IMG/VR virus record: IMGVR_UViG_3300034375_007061 | Span: 1 to 64,000 of that record | DNA length: 64,000 bases | Reading direction: 5' to 3' (one strand) | Source: a virus | Lineage: Duplodnaviria; Caudoviricetes | Part shown: one piece after another, positions 38,230 through 49,240 of the stretch | How the letters are laid out: each line of letters opens with the position of its first letter | How positions within the stretch are numbered: the first letter of the stretch is position 1 | Made by a program: the position numbers and the translations under genes | The notes under the pieces: generated by a model | What the model was told of the DNA's origin: nothing | Seen by the model: only the letters and a program-made list of their open reading frames with translations | Database searches by the model: none

Positions 38230-38825
38230 AAATAGCAACCTTTGGGTGTAGTTATACAAACTACATATATCCTACTTATGCAGATATTCTAGCACAAGAA
38301 CACGAAGTAAAAAACTTTGGATGGAGTGGTAGTGGCAATGACAAAATTTGGTATCTGCTACACAAAAAAATTGATGAAATAAAAGATCATTTTGTAATTG
38401 TACAATGGAGTTCGTGCAATAGATTTGATTATCTTAAAGGTGCTAAATGGCTAGGCGGTGATGGTAGCATTTTTTTTGACAAAACACATTGGCCTTTAGT
38501 AAAAGATTTTTTTAATGAATCCTACGAATTAGGTAAACTACACAATTATTTAAGAAGCACACGAGCACTATTTCCAAATTCTTTGCAAATGTCAATGAAT
38601 AAAATACAATCAAAATATATAGATGTAAATGATTTATTCGGTACATATAAAGGAACATACAAGTTTAAAGGTGATATAGACTGGCATCCTAATTTATTAC
38701 AACATTTAAAAATTGCCAAAAGTATTGCTCCAGTATCATATGATACAGAGTTAAAAGTGAAAAACTTGCATAATAAGCTGCAAGATGAAGGTTTACACAA
38801 TGACAATACTATTACAATTTGCTAA
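38226..38825 (+). CDS. SGNH hydrolase-like protein
   Basis: FGCSYT, GSGN, VQWS..NR, DWHP..LQH. Confidence 0.6.
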   Translation: MKIATFGCSYTNYIYPTYADILAQEHEVKNFGWSGSGNDKIWYLLHKKIDEIKDHFVIVQWSSCNRFDYLKGAKWLGGDGSIFFDKTHWPLVKDFFNESYELGKLHNYLRSTRALFPNSLQMSMNKIQSKYIDVNDLFGTYKGTYKFKGDIDWHPNLLQHLKIAKSIAPVSYDTELKVKNLHNKLQDEGLHNDNTITIC

Positions 38826-39099
38826 TAGGAATACTAGAGCTTGCTTTCATTTGCCAAACTTTTTTAGCATTTACTCCTCTTTGTTGCGCAAAGCGTTTTG
38901 CATCGCAATTGTCGCAAACATGGAAATAATTATTGTTTAGTCTTTTAGGATCCATACTACCTCGAGGGCGAGTAAATTCTGTATCGCAAGCATCACAACG
39001 TAATACAACCATAGTTTTTTTACGATTGTATGTGTGTTGCTTGCCTAACTTACTTCGGCGCATATGCCAAGTGTCAATTGAATATTCTTTAATGTACAT
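38812..39099 (-). CDS. Zn-binding hypothetical protein
   Basis: CDAC...HVCDNC. Confidence 0.6.
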   Translation of the reverse strand: MYIKEYSIDTWHMRRSKLGKQHTYNRKKTMVVLRCDACDTEFTRPRGSMDPKRLNNNYFHVCDNCDAKRFAQQRGVNAKKVWQMKASSSIPISKL

Positions 39100-39155
39100 A
39101 ACACTATTTACATTAAGATTATAAAAAGCAACGATAAATATTAGAAAGGAACACT

Positions 39156-39518
39156 ATGAGTATACTAACTTTAACACCATCAGCAGAAGCACAAATTGAT
39201 TTACTTTGTAATGAAAATGAATGTTATGGAATCAGTCTTAATATAAAAGGCGGAGGATGTGCAGGCTTTGAATATGATTGGGGCACAATTGCATCGCCTA
39301 TGGATTTAGAAGACGGCGATGAAGTTGTAAAAACAGCAAATGGTTGTGCATTTGTAGTAGGTTCGCATAGTTTAATGTTTCTCATAGGAACAGAAGTTGA
39401 TTATGTAAAAAGTTTAGTTGGCGCTAACTTTGAAATACGCAATCCTAATGCACAAAGTTCATGCGGTTGCGGAGTAAGTGTTAACTTTGATATGGACAAT
39501 TTAGTACCAGAGTGGTAA
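39156..39518 (+). CDS. iscA: Fe-S cluster A-type carrier (IscA/HesB)
   Basis: GGGCAGFEY, NPNA..SCGCG.S. Confidence 0.9.
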   Translation: MSILTLTPSAEAQIDLLCNENECYGISLNIKGGGCAGFEYDWGTIASPMDLEDGDEVVKTANGCAFVVGSHSLMFLIGTEVDYVKSLVGANFEIRNPNAQSSCGCGVSVNFDMDNLVPEW

Positions 39519-39530
39519 AGGAAAAAGTAA

Positions 39531-42500
39531 ATGGCAAGACAAGAAATTGATATTGGTGTAGAGGGTAATGACGGCACAGGCGATAGTATTCGTGAGTCAT
39601 TTAAAAAAGTCAATACAAACTTTCAAGAATTGTATGCAGTATTCGGTTTAGGTGGATCTATTAGTTTTAAAAACTTAGACGATACACCTGACTCTTATCT
39701 AGCAAATCAATTTGCAGTAACCGCAATTAATAGCACTGAAACACAAATCCAATTTTATAAATTTGTAAGTGACAGCGGTCTCAATAACAATGACAAATCT
39801 TCGCCATCTGAAACAACCAATAGTGTATTTGTTGAATTTGATGATGTAGATCCAGCAACACCTGATCTAAGTGGTACAATCAAAATTAGTATTGTTGATC
39901 CACACATTAACAGAGATCCAGATCCAAACTTAACTGCACCGTTGAACATGGAAGCACCTATTGCTTATAGTTCAGTAGTCAATACTAAACTTAGGAACAC
40001 AGGCGCTGGAGATAACATTAACACTCTAGTGACCGAATGGGAAAACGTGCATACAGGTGCACCAGCAATATCAGTAGACAACCTTGTTATTTCAAAAGGT
40101 TATGCAGATGACACATATGTAAATGTCGCAGGGGACACAATGACTGGTGCATTATCAGTACCATCAGGTGCAACCGGAGCACAAGTACCGCAAACACAAG
40201 AAGTTATTACAAGAGCAGGTAGCGTAGCAAACAGAACAATGTTGGATGAATTGTATCTTAATGATCATCCATATCCGCTTGCAGGCGCAGGTACACCAAA
40301 TGGTCCAGACGACTTGCTTGCTGTTTCAAAGTTATATGTAGATACGCAAGGTTTTAGTAGTAGCACGAACTTGTATGTTGCAACAACAGGTGATGATGCG
40401 CAAACTCTAACACCTGCAGGACAAGAAGGGCGCTCACCTCAATATGCATATAAAAGTGTTAGCAAAGCTATGCAACGAGCAACACAAATTATTGAAGCTA
40501 CACCTATCGAACCAGGTCCGTATATTCAAGTTGTTACACATTCGCAAAAGAAATTTAATAGTACAATTTTATCAACAGCAGGATTTACTGCAAGTATTGC
40601 AACAGCAGATGTAGCAAGTAATACTGCAATTGATAACATTGAAGTTGCACAAGAAGCTGTTGTTGATTATTTGACAGCAACTTATCCTGATTTTATATAT
40701 GATAAAATAATTTGTCAACGTGATGCTAAACTTATGATTGATAGTGTGCGTTTAGATGTTCAGCAAGGTTTATCTGCAAACTATTTGACTAGATGGGCAG
40801 CAATAAGATACAATGCAAGTCCTAGTGCAATTAAAGCAAGAACATTACAACTTACACAAACCGTAGAAAGCATTGGTATAATTAAAACAACTATTGTAGA
40901 TGCATTTAATGCATTGAACACTGCCACTCCTGGAAGTATTTCTGCAAGTGTTATTACCGCATATCAAAATCGTTTCGATGAAATTATTTCTATACTTAAT
41001 AACGGAGGAGATATTCCAGGTGCAATTACACAAAACGATGGTACAGAATACGTATTTAATTTTGACAACGGTAATAACTCTGCTGTTGACCAAGGTGTTG
41101 TTGGTAACCCAGATTTGCGTGAAGGTAAAGTCATTGTTGGTAGAACAAGTGGTGCAAAAGGTATTATTACAGATTATGTACGTAACCAAGATGTTGGTAT
41201 AAGTGATAGAGTTAGTATTCAACTACTTGAACCAATTGAATTCCAAATTGGTGAAGAATTAGAATTTGGCGCAAGAACTAGAAGTAACCAAATTACGGTA
41301 AGAGTTGAAAGTGGAATTTATTTTGAACATCTACCAATCAAACTACCAGAAAACGTAAGTATCAAAGGTGATGAATTTAGACGAGTTGTAATTAGGCCAA
41401 AACCAGGAGTATCACAATCTCCATGGGCACCTACATATTTCTATAGAGACATTAACGTAGATGGTTTAATAGCAGCATACTCTCCAATAGCAACAATAAA
41501 CAATGTGAGTGGAGCAGATGTAAGTCGTGCAGCTGGTACATACGCAATCGGTGCAGATGATTGGTCTAGCCCAGGTATTGGCCAAGACGCAACATTTAGT
41601 GTTGTTGTGGACGGATCAGGTGCAGCAACCGTTACCGTTACAAATGCAGGTGATGGATTTATTCAAGGCGAAACAATTACAATCAATGATAGTGATTTGG
41701 GTGCAGGCGGTGGAGCAAATTTAACATTTGATGTTGCTACAACAGGAGGTGGATATAACTTTACACATCCAATCACAGGAATACAAGGTAAGTACGGTCG
41801 TCATTATATGACAGATCCTAGCGAAGATATTCAAATCGGTACTGATGCATCTAGTAATCCTGGCAACTTTGATGATGCAGCAAGATTAATTGAATTGAAC
41901 AAAGATTTTCTTGTTGAAGAAACTATTGCTTTTGTAAATGATACTTATCCTGCTCCTGGATTTACATACAATGAAGCCAAATGTAGACGTGATACAAGAC
42001 TAATTATAGACGGCATTGTAAACGACTTGAGAATTGGCGGTAGAGAAAACACCTTGACTAATCAAGGTGCATACTATGCAGGTGCAGTCAGTGGACAAGA
42101 AACTGAAACAGAAGCAGCAATTTTACATTTAAAACCAGTTATTACAAATATCTTAGCAAACGATAGTGGTAATGGTTTTGTAGTAACTACAGGAAATACC
42201 GAACCTCAAGTATTTGATGAAGATTATGCAGCAGAAACAAACGCTGAAACAAACGCACTTGAACTAGTTGATTGTGTGGCTTTTGCATTTGATCCTGCTT
42301 ACAATCCTCCATTAAACAACAGCGAAATGGATGTGTTCTTGTGTAATGATGGTACTATTGTAAGAAACATTACCGTGCAAAGACATGGCGGATTTATGAT
42401 GACACTAGATCCAGAAGGTCAAATCCTAACACGATCTCCTTATTGCCAAACAGGCACAAGTTTCTCACAATCTAAAGGTGTAGCAAGAAGTTTTGCTGGA

Positions 42501-45500
42501 GGTTTGTTTATTGATGGTTATGCATCTAATATGCCTGCAGATATCATTGGAAAAACTGATAACTTTAATTTACAAGTGCAATCACCAAATGGTGAGGGTT
42601 TATATATTAGAAAACCAGAAACACCATTTCCGTTTTTCAAAGATGGCGCACGTTACCAAGTAAATGTTATTAAAGATTGGGATCAAGCAACAGGTACAGC
42701 AACGCTTGTACTAGACGAAACAAGTAATCCTAGTAGTGTGTTTACAAGAAATATTACAAGTATAACAAATGCAGATCCAGCAGTGATTACAACTACCGTG
42801 GCACATGGATTAGTAGATGGCGATGCTATTACTATTACCGGTGTATCTGGAATGACTGATGTTAATGGTAATACATATTATGTTAATGCTCCGACTACAA
42901 CTACATTACAACTTTATATCGATGAAGATAGAACAGCATCAGTGGATTCTACAGGTTTTGGAACCCATACAGCAGGTACAGGTATAGTTAGAGCACTGGC
43001 AACTGGTAGAGGTTATACTGCAACAATACCAGGTGTACCGCCCTATGATAGCATATTCTTGCAAAGTGGTGGTAACCGATCGATGCTTGCGAACGACTTT
43101 ACTCAAATTAACGACTTAGGTTACGGTGCATTGCTTACAAACAATGCACTTGCAGAACTTGTTAGTATGTTTACATACTATTGTCATACTGGTTATATGG
43201 CTGATAAAGGTTCCCAAATCCGCAGTTTGAGTGGTAACAACTCTTATGGATTCTATGGTCTTGTTGCAGCAGGTGCTGATCCAGATGAGATTCCAACTGA
43301 TGTGACTCTTGCCGATGACATGGTATTTCCTGCAAAGGTATTTAGATCTGCAGGATATTTAGACTTTGCCAGCGCAACACCAGGTACCGTGGTAGCTGAT
43401 CAATTATTATCACAAGGTGCAATCAACGCAAGTATTACAAGCACCAGTACAACCAACCCAGTGCGTGTAACTGCTACAGCACACGGATTATCAAGCAATG
43501 ATGTTGTAACAATAAGCAGTGTAACAGGTATGATTGAGTTAAATGGTAGAACATTCTATATAAGTGTAATTGATGCCAATAACTTTGATTTGTATATCGA
43601 TAGTGGTTTGACAAATGGTGAAGACGGAACAGCTTACTCTGCAGGTACAGGCGGCCTAGCAAGTAAATCAGCAACTGCAACTGCTAAAATTAGTTTTAAA
43701 GGTGAAGGAAATAAAAGACTTTACTTGTATGATATAACAGGTACGTTTAATACAACTGAAACCTGTACAACTCCAACCGGTTCAGCAGGCATACCTAGTA
43801 GTTTTACATCTCAAGAATATGATGCAGACACAGGTGCACTCAAAGTTTTTGCATATGACTTGTCTGGTTATCCATTGAATGTTAGTGAAGCGGAAATTTA
43901 TCATGGAAGTGGGTTGTATCAGCCTTATGAAATTACTAATGCAAATGGTGAAGATTTTAGACTAGGTTCTTACAGCTTTGATGCCACCGATTATGCAACC
44001 GTTGTTACAGGCGGAACTGCTACACCTAGTACAAATGCTCAACTTACAATCACTAAAACTCGTACAGACGGCTATGGTGTAATTGTAGACGATGGTGGCG
44101 GCGGATATGCACAAGGCGAAACTATTGTTATCGATGGACAATACCTAGGCGGTGCTACAAGCACAAACGATGTAACAATTACTATTGATAGTGTATCAAG
44201 TGGTGCAATTGTTACAGCAAGTGTAACAACAGGCGTAGCACAATTAGATGATAGTACACCTATTATTGATGGTAAGGTTTGGACGTTTAACTTAGGCACA
44301 GGTATCGAAGGTACGGCCGAAAATGGATTACAAGAAGCTACATTACACGATAATAGAATTGTTGTAAGACATAAACAAAACTTTGTTTTAGACAACTTCC
44401 CAGAAGAAGAGCTACCTGTTAGACCAAGTACAGCCTTTGTATTTACAGATGATACTACAGATTACACTTATAGAACAATTGCATTCACCACTACAATTAC
44501 AGGGGGTGTGAATGCAACTGGAGATCAAAAAGTTGTAACATTTGATGCAAACTTTAGATATATAGATCTAGTTGTTGATAGTGCAATTTGTGGTGTAACT
44601 GAAGTTTTCTTTAACAGCAATTCTACCGTTGATCCTAACTATACAGATATTGTAGGGACTGCATCATCACCTGCACCAAGTTCTTTAATTACACTTGGTA
44701 ACACAGCGGCAACAACTTCAACAGATGGTAGTAGATTTATTGCAATAAGCCCGCTTGATAGCACAGATCAAGCAAGAATTGCAGGCGGCGAAATGCTTGT
44801 TTCATGGGGCGGTAAAACTTATACAATTGATGCATATGCTGAATATGATTTCAGTGGTGCTACTCATGCAAGTTTTGGAAACGTAACACGTACGGTTGGT
44901 ATAATAGAAATTACAGAAGTTGCTAATAGTGATATCAACTTTCCACAATTGTCAGGTAGTGTATACGGCGGCTTAGGTGCAGCTCTTTATACAGGTACAA
45001 ACGGCGCAGGTATAACATTAAAAGGTGGCTTAGCAGGTGGCGAAGAAGCAGAAATTACCGTTAACATCAGTACATGTCGTGCAACCGGTCATGATATGCT
45101 GGACATCGGTGTTGGTGGATTTAATACTGCAAACTATCCAGAACGTATTTACGGTCAGCCGTTTGGTTATGAAGCAGTGTCTACTAACGATGCTATTGAC
45201 AGCACTGGCAATAAATCAGCGGCACAAACACAAGAAAGAAACAAAGGTCGTGTGTTTAGTGTTTTAACTGACCAAGATGGTTTCTTCCGTGTAGGTAGAT
45301 TCTTTACGGTTGACCAAGGTACTGGTGCTGTTACATTTAACGCTGCACTTGTTCTTACAAATATTGACGGTATTGGATTTAAACGAGGTGTACGTGTAAA
45401 TGAATTCTCAAATGATGACACTTTTACAGATGCAAAAGGTGATGCAGTACCAACACAAACAGCAGTTGAAGGATATATCAATGCACGTTTAGGCTTTGAT

Positions 45501-46760
45501 AGAGACGGAGCAACTGGTGTAAGCACAATTGGTCCAGGAGTTATGAGCTTGGGTGGTCCAGGTTATAGCGAAACACCAATGAACGGCAACCTTAATGTTG
45601 GTAGCAATAGAGTTATAAATGTTTCAGATCCACTTGCTTTAAGTGATGCAGCAACTAAAAACTATGTTGATAATAAAACTGATGAATTAAATGATATTGG
45701 TGACGTAACTATCACAGGTGCAGGTAACACTATTCAAGCACAAATTTTAGGCTTTACTGGTCAAGGTTCAGTAACTGATCAACTCAGTGAAAATATGGCA
45801 GTAACTGGTGATATTGGTTTGACATATGATCCACTTATTCCTAACACAATAACAGCAGCTATTTCGTCAGGTGTGATTGTTAACGGCGATATAAGCGCAA
45901 CAGCAGCTATAGATCAAAGCAAACTGAACATGACTATAGCAACAGCAACAGCAGCAGCACCTACAGGTGATGCAGCAGCTATACAAGCAGCAAGTGGTCT
46001 AGCAAGTTTTGATAGTGCAAACTTTGAAATTACAGACGGATGGGTTGGCATTAAAGCAAACGGTGTTAGTAATGCAGAACTAGCTAACAGCAGTATTACT
46101 ATTGGTAGTACAAGTATTAGTCTTGGTGGTACTGCAACAAGTATTGCTGATATGACAGGCATTGATTTTGCAAGTGGTGTGCTAGGTGGTACATTTACAA
46201 TTAACTTAGATGACGGTGCTAACACGGTGTTCTCTGTTGATTCATCTGGTAACATCTTAGGCCCTGCAAACACAAGCGGTAATGCAACAGGAGATAACGC
46301 TGTTAGCATAGGTGGAAGTTTAAATCGTTATAATACGGTTTGGGCAACTACATTTAATGGTGAAGCAACTAGTGCATTATATGCTGACCTTGCTGAAAAT
46401 TATTTAGGGGATGCTGATTATGAGCCAGGTACCGTTCTAGTATTTGGTGGCGAACAAGAAGTAACCGTATGCACTGCAAAAGGTCAAACTAGTGTAGCAG
46501 GTGTTGTAACTACAAATCCAGCGCACCTAATGAATAGCGCATTAGAAGGCGACAATGTAGTAGGTTTAGCTCTAACAGGGCGTGTGCCATGTAAAGTAAT
46601 AGGTCGGGTGCAAAAAGGTGATATGCTTGTAACTAGTGCCGTTCCGGGTTATGCAATAGTAAACAACTCTCCAGGCGTTGGACAAGTAATAGGTAAAGCA
46701 GTCGGTGTCAAAGATCACGAAGACCGCGGTATAGTTGAAGTAGTGGTAGGGAGAGTATAA
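39531..46760 (+). CDS. Giant baseplate/tail-fibre structural protein
   Basis: T4 gp9/10-like N-terminus (GNDGTGDSIR..F.K.N.NF), repeated beta domains, C-terminal YADLAENY intramolecular-chaperone-like domain. Confidence 0.8.
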   Translation: MARQEIDIGVEGNDGTGDSIRESFKKVNTNFQELYAVFGLGGSISFKNLDDTPDSYLANQFAVTAINSTETQIQFYKFVSDSGLNNNDKSSPSETTNSVFVEFDDVDPATPDLSGTIKISIVDPHINRDPDPNLTAPLNMEAPIAYSSVVNTKLRNTGAGDNINTLVTEWENVHTGAPAISVDNLVISKGYADDTYVNVAGDTMTGALSVPSGATGAQVPQTQEVITRAGSVANRTMLDELYLNDHPYPLAGAGTPNGPDDLLAVSKLYVDTQGFSSSTNLYVATTGDDAQTLTPAGQEGRSPQYAYKSVSKAMQRATQIIEATPIEPGPYIQVVTHSQKKFNSTILSTAGFTASIATADVASNTAIDNIEVAQEAVVDYLTATYPDFIYDKIICQRDAKLMIDSVRLDVQQGLSANYLTRWAAIRYNASPSAIKARTLQLTQTVESIGIIKTTIVDAFNALNTATPGSISASVITAYQNRFDEIISILNNGGDIPGAITQNDGTEYVFNFDNGNNSAVDQGVVGNPDLREGKVIVGRTSGAKGIITDYVRNQDVGISDRVSIQLLEPIEFQIGEELEFGARTRSNQITVRVESGIYFEHLPIKLPENVSIKGDEFRRVVIRPKPGVSQSPWAPTYFYRDINVDGLIAAYSPIATINNVSGADVSRAAGTYAIGADDWSSPGIGQDATFSVVVDGSGAATVTVTNAGDGFIQGETITINDSDLGAGGGANLTFDVATTGGGYNFTHPITGIQGKYGRHYMTDPSEDIQIGTDASSNPGNFDDAARLIELNKDFLVEETIAFVNDTYPAPGFTYNEAKCRRDTRLIIDGIVNDLRIGGRENTLTNQGAYYAGAVSGQETETEAAILHLKPVITNILANDSGNGFVVTTGNTEPQVFDEDYAAETNAETNALELVDCVAFAFDPAYNPPLNNSEMDVFLCNDGTIVRNITVQRHGGFMMTLDPEGQILTRSPYCQTGTSFSQSKGVARSFAGGLFIDGYASNMPADIIGKTDNFNLQVQSPNGEGLYIRKPETPFPFFKDGARYQVNVIKDWDQATGTATLVLDETSNPSSVFTRNITSITNADPAVITTTVAHGLVDGDAITITGVSGMTDVNGNTYYVNAPTTTTLQLYIDEDRTASVDSTGFGTHTAGTGIVRALATGRGYTATIPGVPPYDSIFLQSGGNRSMLANDFTQINDLGYGALLTNNALAELVSMFTYYCHTGYMADKGSQIRSLSGNNSYGFYGLVAAGADPDEIPTDVTLADDMVFPAKVFRSAGYLDFASATPGTVVADQLLSQGAINASITSTSTTNPVRVTATAHGLSSNDVVTISSVTGMIELNGRTFYISVIDANNFDLYIDSGLTNGEDGTAYSAGTGGLASKSATATAKISFKGEGNKRLYLYDITGTFNTTETCTTPTGSAGIPSSFTSQEYDADTGALKVFAYDLSGYPLNVSEAEIYHGSGLYQPYEITNANGEDFRLGSYSFDATDYATVVTGGTATPSTNAQLTITKTRTDGYGVIVDDGGGGYAQGETIVIDGQYLGGATSTNDVTITIDSVSSGAIVTASVTTGVAQLDDSTPIIDGKVWTFNLGTGIEGTAENGLQEATLHDNRIVVRHKQNFVLDNFPEEELPVRPSTAFVFTDDTTDYTYRTIAFTTTITGGVNATGDQKVVTFDANFRYIDLVVDSAICGVTEVFFNSNSTVDPNYTDIVGTASSPAPSSLITLGNTAATTSTDGSRFIAISPLDSTDQARIAGGEMLVSWGGKTYTIDAYAEYDFSGATHASFGNVTRTVGIIEITEVANSDINFPQLSGSVYGGLGAALYTGTNGAGITLKGGLAGGEEAEITVNISTCRATGHDMLDIGVGGFNTANYPERIYGQPFGYEAVSTNDAIDSTGNKSAAQTQERNKGRVFSVLTDQDGFFRVGRFFTVDQGTGAVTFNAALVLTNIDGIGFKRGVRVNEFSNDDTFTDAKGDAVPTQTAVEGYINARLGFDRDGATGVSTIGPGVMSLGGPGYSETPMNGNLNVGSNRVINVSDPLALSDAATKNYVDNKTDELNDIGDVTITGAGNTIQAQILGFTGQGSVTDQLSENMAVTGDIGLTYDPLIPNTITAAISSGVIVNGDISATAAIDQSKLNMTIATATAAAPTGDAAAIQAASGLASFDSANFEITDGWVGIKANGVSNAELANSSITIGSTSISLGGTATSIADMTGIDFASGVLGGTFTINLDDGANTVFSVDSSGNILGPANTSGNATGDNAVSIGGSLNRYNTVWATTFNGEATSALYADLAENYLGDADYEPGTVLVFGGEQEVTVCTAKGQTSVAGVVTTNPAHLMNSALEGDNVVGLALTGRVPCKVIGRVQKGDMLVTSAVPGYAIVNNSPGVGQVIGKAVGVKDHEDRGIVEVVVGRV

Positions 46761-47059
46761 TGGCACAAAAAATAATTAATGTTGGAACAAAAGCAAATAG
46801 CGGAGGGGGTGATCCTCTCCGCGATGCAATGATTAAAATTAATGAAAACTTTACAGAGGTTTATGCTGACATAGCAGCATTAGAAGATGGCAATGTTACA
46901 ACTGATATAAAAGGTAGTGTGTTTGCCGACGATAGTACATTACTTGTTGATGCTGTAAATGGTGTTATTCCGGGTTATGTAAGTTTAGCAACATTGCAAT
47001 CTGAAGTAGCAGCAAGCGCAGACTTTGCTGACTTTCAAGCAAGAATAGCAGCATTGTAA
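46760..47059 (+). CDS. Small structural protein with a gp9/10-like N-terminus
   Basis: GGGDPLRDAMIKINENF. Confidence 0.65.
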   Translation: MAQKIINVGTKANSGGGDPLRDAMIKINENFTEVYADIAALEDGNVTTDIKGSVFADDSTLLVDAVNGVIPGYVSLATLQSEVAASADFADFQARIAAL

Positions 47060-47096
47060 ATATACGATAAATATAAAAAAGAACAGGATTTAGAGA

Positions 47097-48509
47097 ATGG
47101 CAAATAGATTTCCACTAGTAGTAGATACAGATGACGGTAACAAAATTAAAGAATTACCAAGTGGTGATGTCCTTAATTTAGCTAATAGCGGTCTTACAGG
47201 ATTAAGCAGTTTGAGTGTAGTTGGCGCATTAAGTGGTGGTACACTTGCTAGTTCAGGAGATGCAAGTGTAGGCGGTAATTTTACGGTTACTGGTACAAGC
47301 ACTTTTACTGGAAGCATCACAAGCGGCGCTATTTCAAGCACTGGTTCAATTATCACTACTGGCAATATAAGCAGTGGAACCTTAACCGTAAACGGCGAAA
47401 CCGTAGCAGCACAAGTTCAATCAGATTGGGCTATAGCAAACCAAAACGATGTAAGATTTATAAGAAATAAACCTGATTTAAACAATATTAACGAACTAAA
47501 TGATATTGGCGATGTATTTGTTTCTGATGCATTACCAGGCGAAGTTCTAACATGGGACGGATTTAGTTGGCAATCTGAGCCAGCGGCTGGCGGTATAGCA
47601 CTGGCAGATCTAGAAGTAATATCAAATCCGCCATCAGGATCGGGTAGTCTTACATATAACGATGCAACTGGTACATTTACTTTTACTCCTGCTGATCTTC
47701 CTACTACATTACAAGAATTGTCAAATGATCCCGGAGTTAATCCTGATTCATTCTATGTGAACGTTGGTTATCTAAATACAAATGAATATTTAAAACAATC
47801 TAGTGTTCTTGTGACCGCTGGTAGAATTAGTTTAGATAAAACCGTTGACGGAGTAATTACAATTAGTTTTGATGCAAGTGGTTTACTTACTGCTGAAACA
47901 GACACACTTGCAAGTGTTGCTGCACGTGGAGCCGATGCAGAAACTGCTATTGTTGCAACAGCATTTAATGTTTCAGGCACAAGTGTTTTAACAAGTACAT
48001 TAAAAGATGTAGTTGTTGATAGTTTAGATAATGTTGGAAATTATACAACAACAAATGGTAATATCACAACAACAAACGGAGCTATCACTGCTGGCGGCAC
48101 TATACAAGGTAATACACTAACTGCTACGTCCGAAGGTAATATTCCAATCATCAATGGTGTAACACGAGTGCAAAACAGCGGTGGTAATGTTTTACTTAAT
48201 GGTACACGAATAGATATTGACAACGGCTTACTTACATTACGTTCTAGTGCAATTGGCGGCCCTGCTTCACCAACTATTGGCGATATATATTCAGATGGTG
48301 TTACAATATACTTTTATGCGCAGGACAACGGTAGCGGAAGCAATGGGTGGGTACAAATGCCAGGTCAATTTGGTACACTTGGTTTAAATTTACCTGTATT
48401 TGATAATGCAACTCCAGCAGGTGCAGTTAGAGGTGCAATGATATACGACGAAAATGATTTTAAAGTAAAAGTCTTTAATGGTACCAGTTGGGAAACCGTA
48501 GGTCCGTAA
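47097..48509 (+). CDS. Tail fibre-like structural protein
   Basis: Gly/Thr-rich beta repeats, QSDW..IRNKP, LNDIGDV, GEVLTWDG. Confidence 0.65.
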   Translation: MANRFPLVVDTDDGNKIKELPSGDVLNLANSGLTGLSSLSVVGALSGGTLASSGDASVGGNFTVTGTSTFTGSITSGAISSTGSIITTGNISSGTLTVNGETVAAQVQSDWAIANQNDVRFIRNKPDLNNINELNDIGDVFVSDALPGEVLTWDGFSWQSEPAAGGIALADLEVISNPPSGSGSLTYNDATGTFTFTPADLPTTLQELSNDPGVNPDSFYVNVGYLNTNEYLKQSSVLVTAGRISLDKTVDGVITISFDASGLLTAETDTLASVAARGADAETAIVATAFNVSGTSVLTSTLKDVVVDSLDNVGNYTTTNGNITTTNGAITAGGTIQGNTLTATSEGNIPIINGVTRVQNSGGNVLLNGTRIDIDNGLLTLRSSAIGGPASPTIGDIYSDGVTIYFYAQDNGSGSNGWVQMPGQFGTLGLNLPVFDNATPAGAVRGAMIYDENDFKVKVFNGTSWETVGP

Positions 48510-48552
48510 TCATTAATACTTTCCGTGATAAATATATAAAACGGAGATTAAT

Positions 48553-49230
48553 ATGGCAGTCCAAACTATTAACGTAGGTGCTCTTGCTAATGACGGCACA
48601 GGCGATGACCTAAGAGAAGCATTTATAAAAGCAAATGCTAATTTTGAAGACCTTGATATACGTCTAAGCAATGCTACAGATATTGTAGGTGCAAGTGTTG
48701 GCGAAGGTCAAGCAGTTTTCAAAGAACAAGTAGGTACAACATTAAATTTTAGAAAACTTAGTGTAGACCCACTATTTCCAGAAACAATGGCAATACGTGT
48801 AAGCGATGACGGAAATACACTTTATTTTTCAAGCACACAAGCATATTACAGATTCACAGACGGCACTTACACATTAACTTCTCCTGTAGAAAGTGTAATT
48901 AATTTAACAGGTACTCAAGGAGCACAAGTAAGTGTAGATAACTCAACAAAGACAATCACTTTTGATAGTCAAATTGTTAGAGAAACAGCACCTCAATTAA
49001 ATGCAGATCTGAATGCTGATAATAACGCATTGGTTAATGTATCTAGGTTGAATGATATATTACGTGAAGAATTGGATCGTGCATTTAGTTGGGATTTTGG
49101 AGAGCTAGGATCAAATCGCACAAGTTTAATTGACTGGTTTATTAATGAAATTGATGTTGACTTTGGAACATTTATCTTAGGTAAAGATGTAAGTGTTGAT
49201 TTAGGTTTGTTACCAGCAGTTTCGCCGTAA
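48553..49230 (+). CDS. Baseplate-associated protein with a gp9/10-like N-terminus
   Basis: ANDGTGDDLREAFIKANANF. Confidence 0.65.
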   Translation: MAVQTINVGALANDGTGDDLREAFIKANANFEDLDIRLSNATDIVGASVGEGQAVFKEQVGTTLNFRKLSVDPLFPETMAIRVSDDGNTLYFSSTQAYYRFTDGTYTLTSPVESVINLTGTQGAQVSVDNSTKTITFDSQIVRETAPQLNADLNADNNALVNVSRLNDILREELDRAFSWDFGELGSNRTSLIDWFINEIDVDFGTFILGKDVSVDLGLLPAVSP

Positions 49231-49240
49231 GGAGGGTTAA

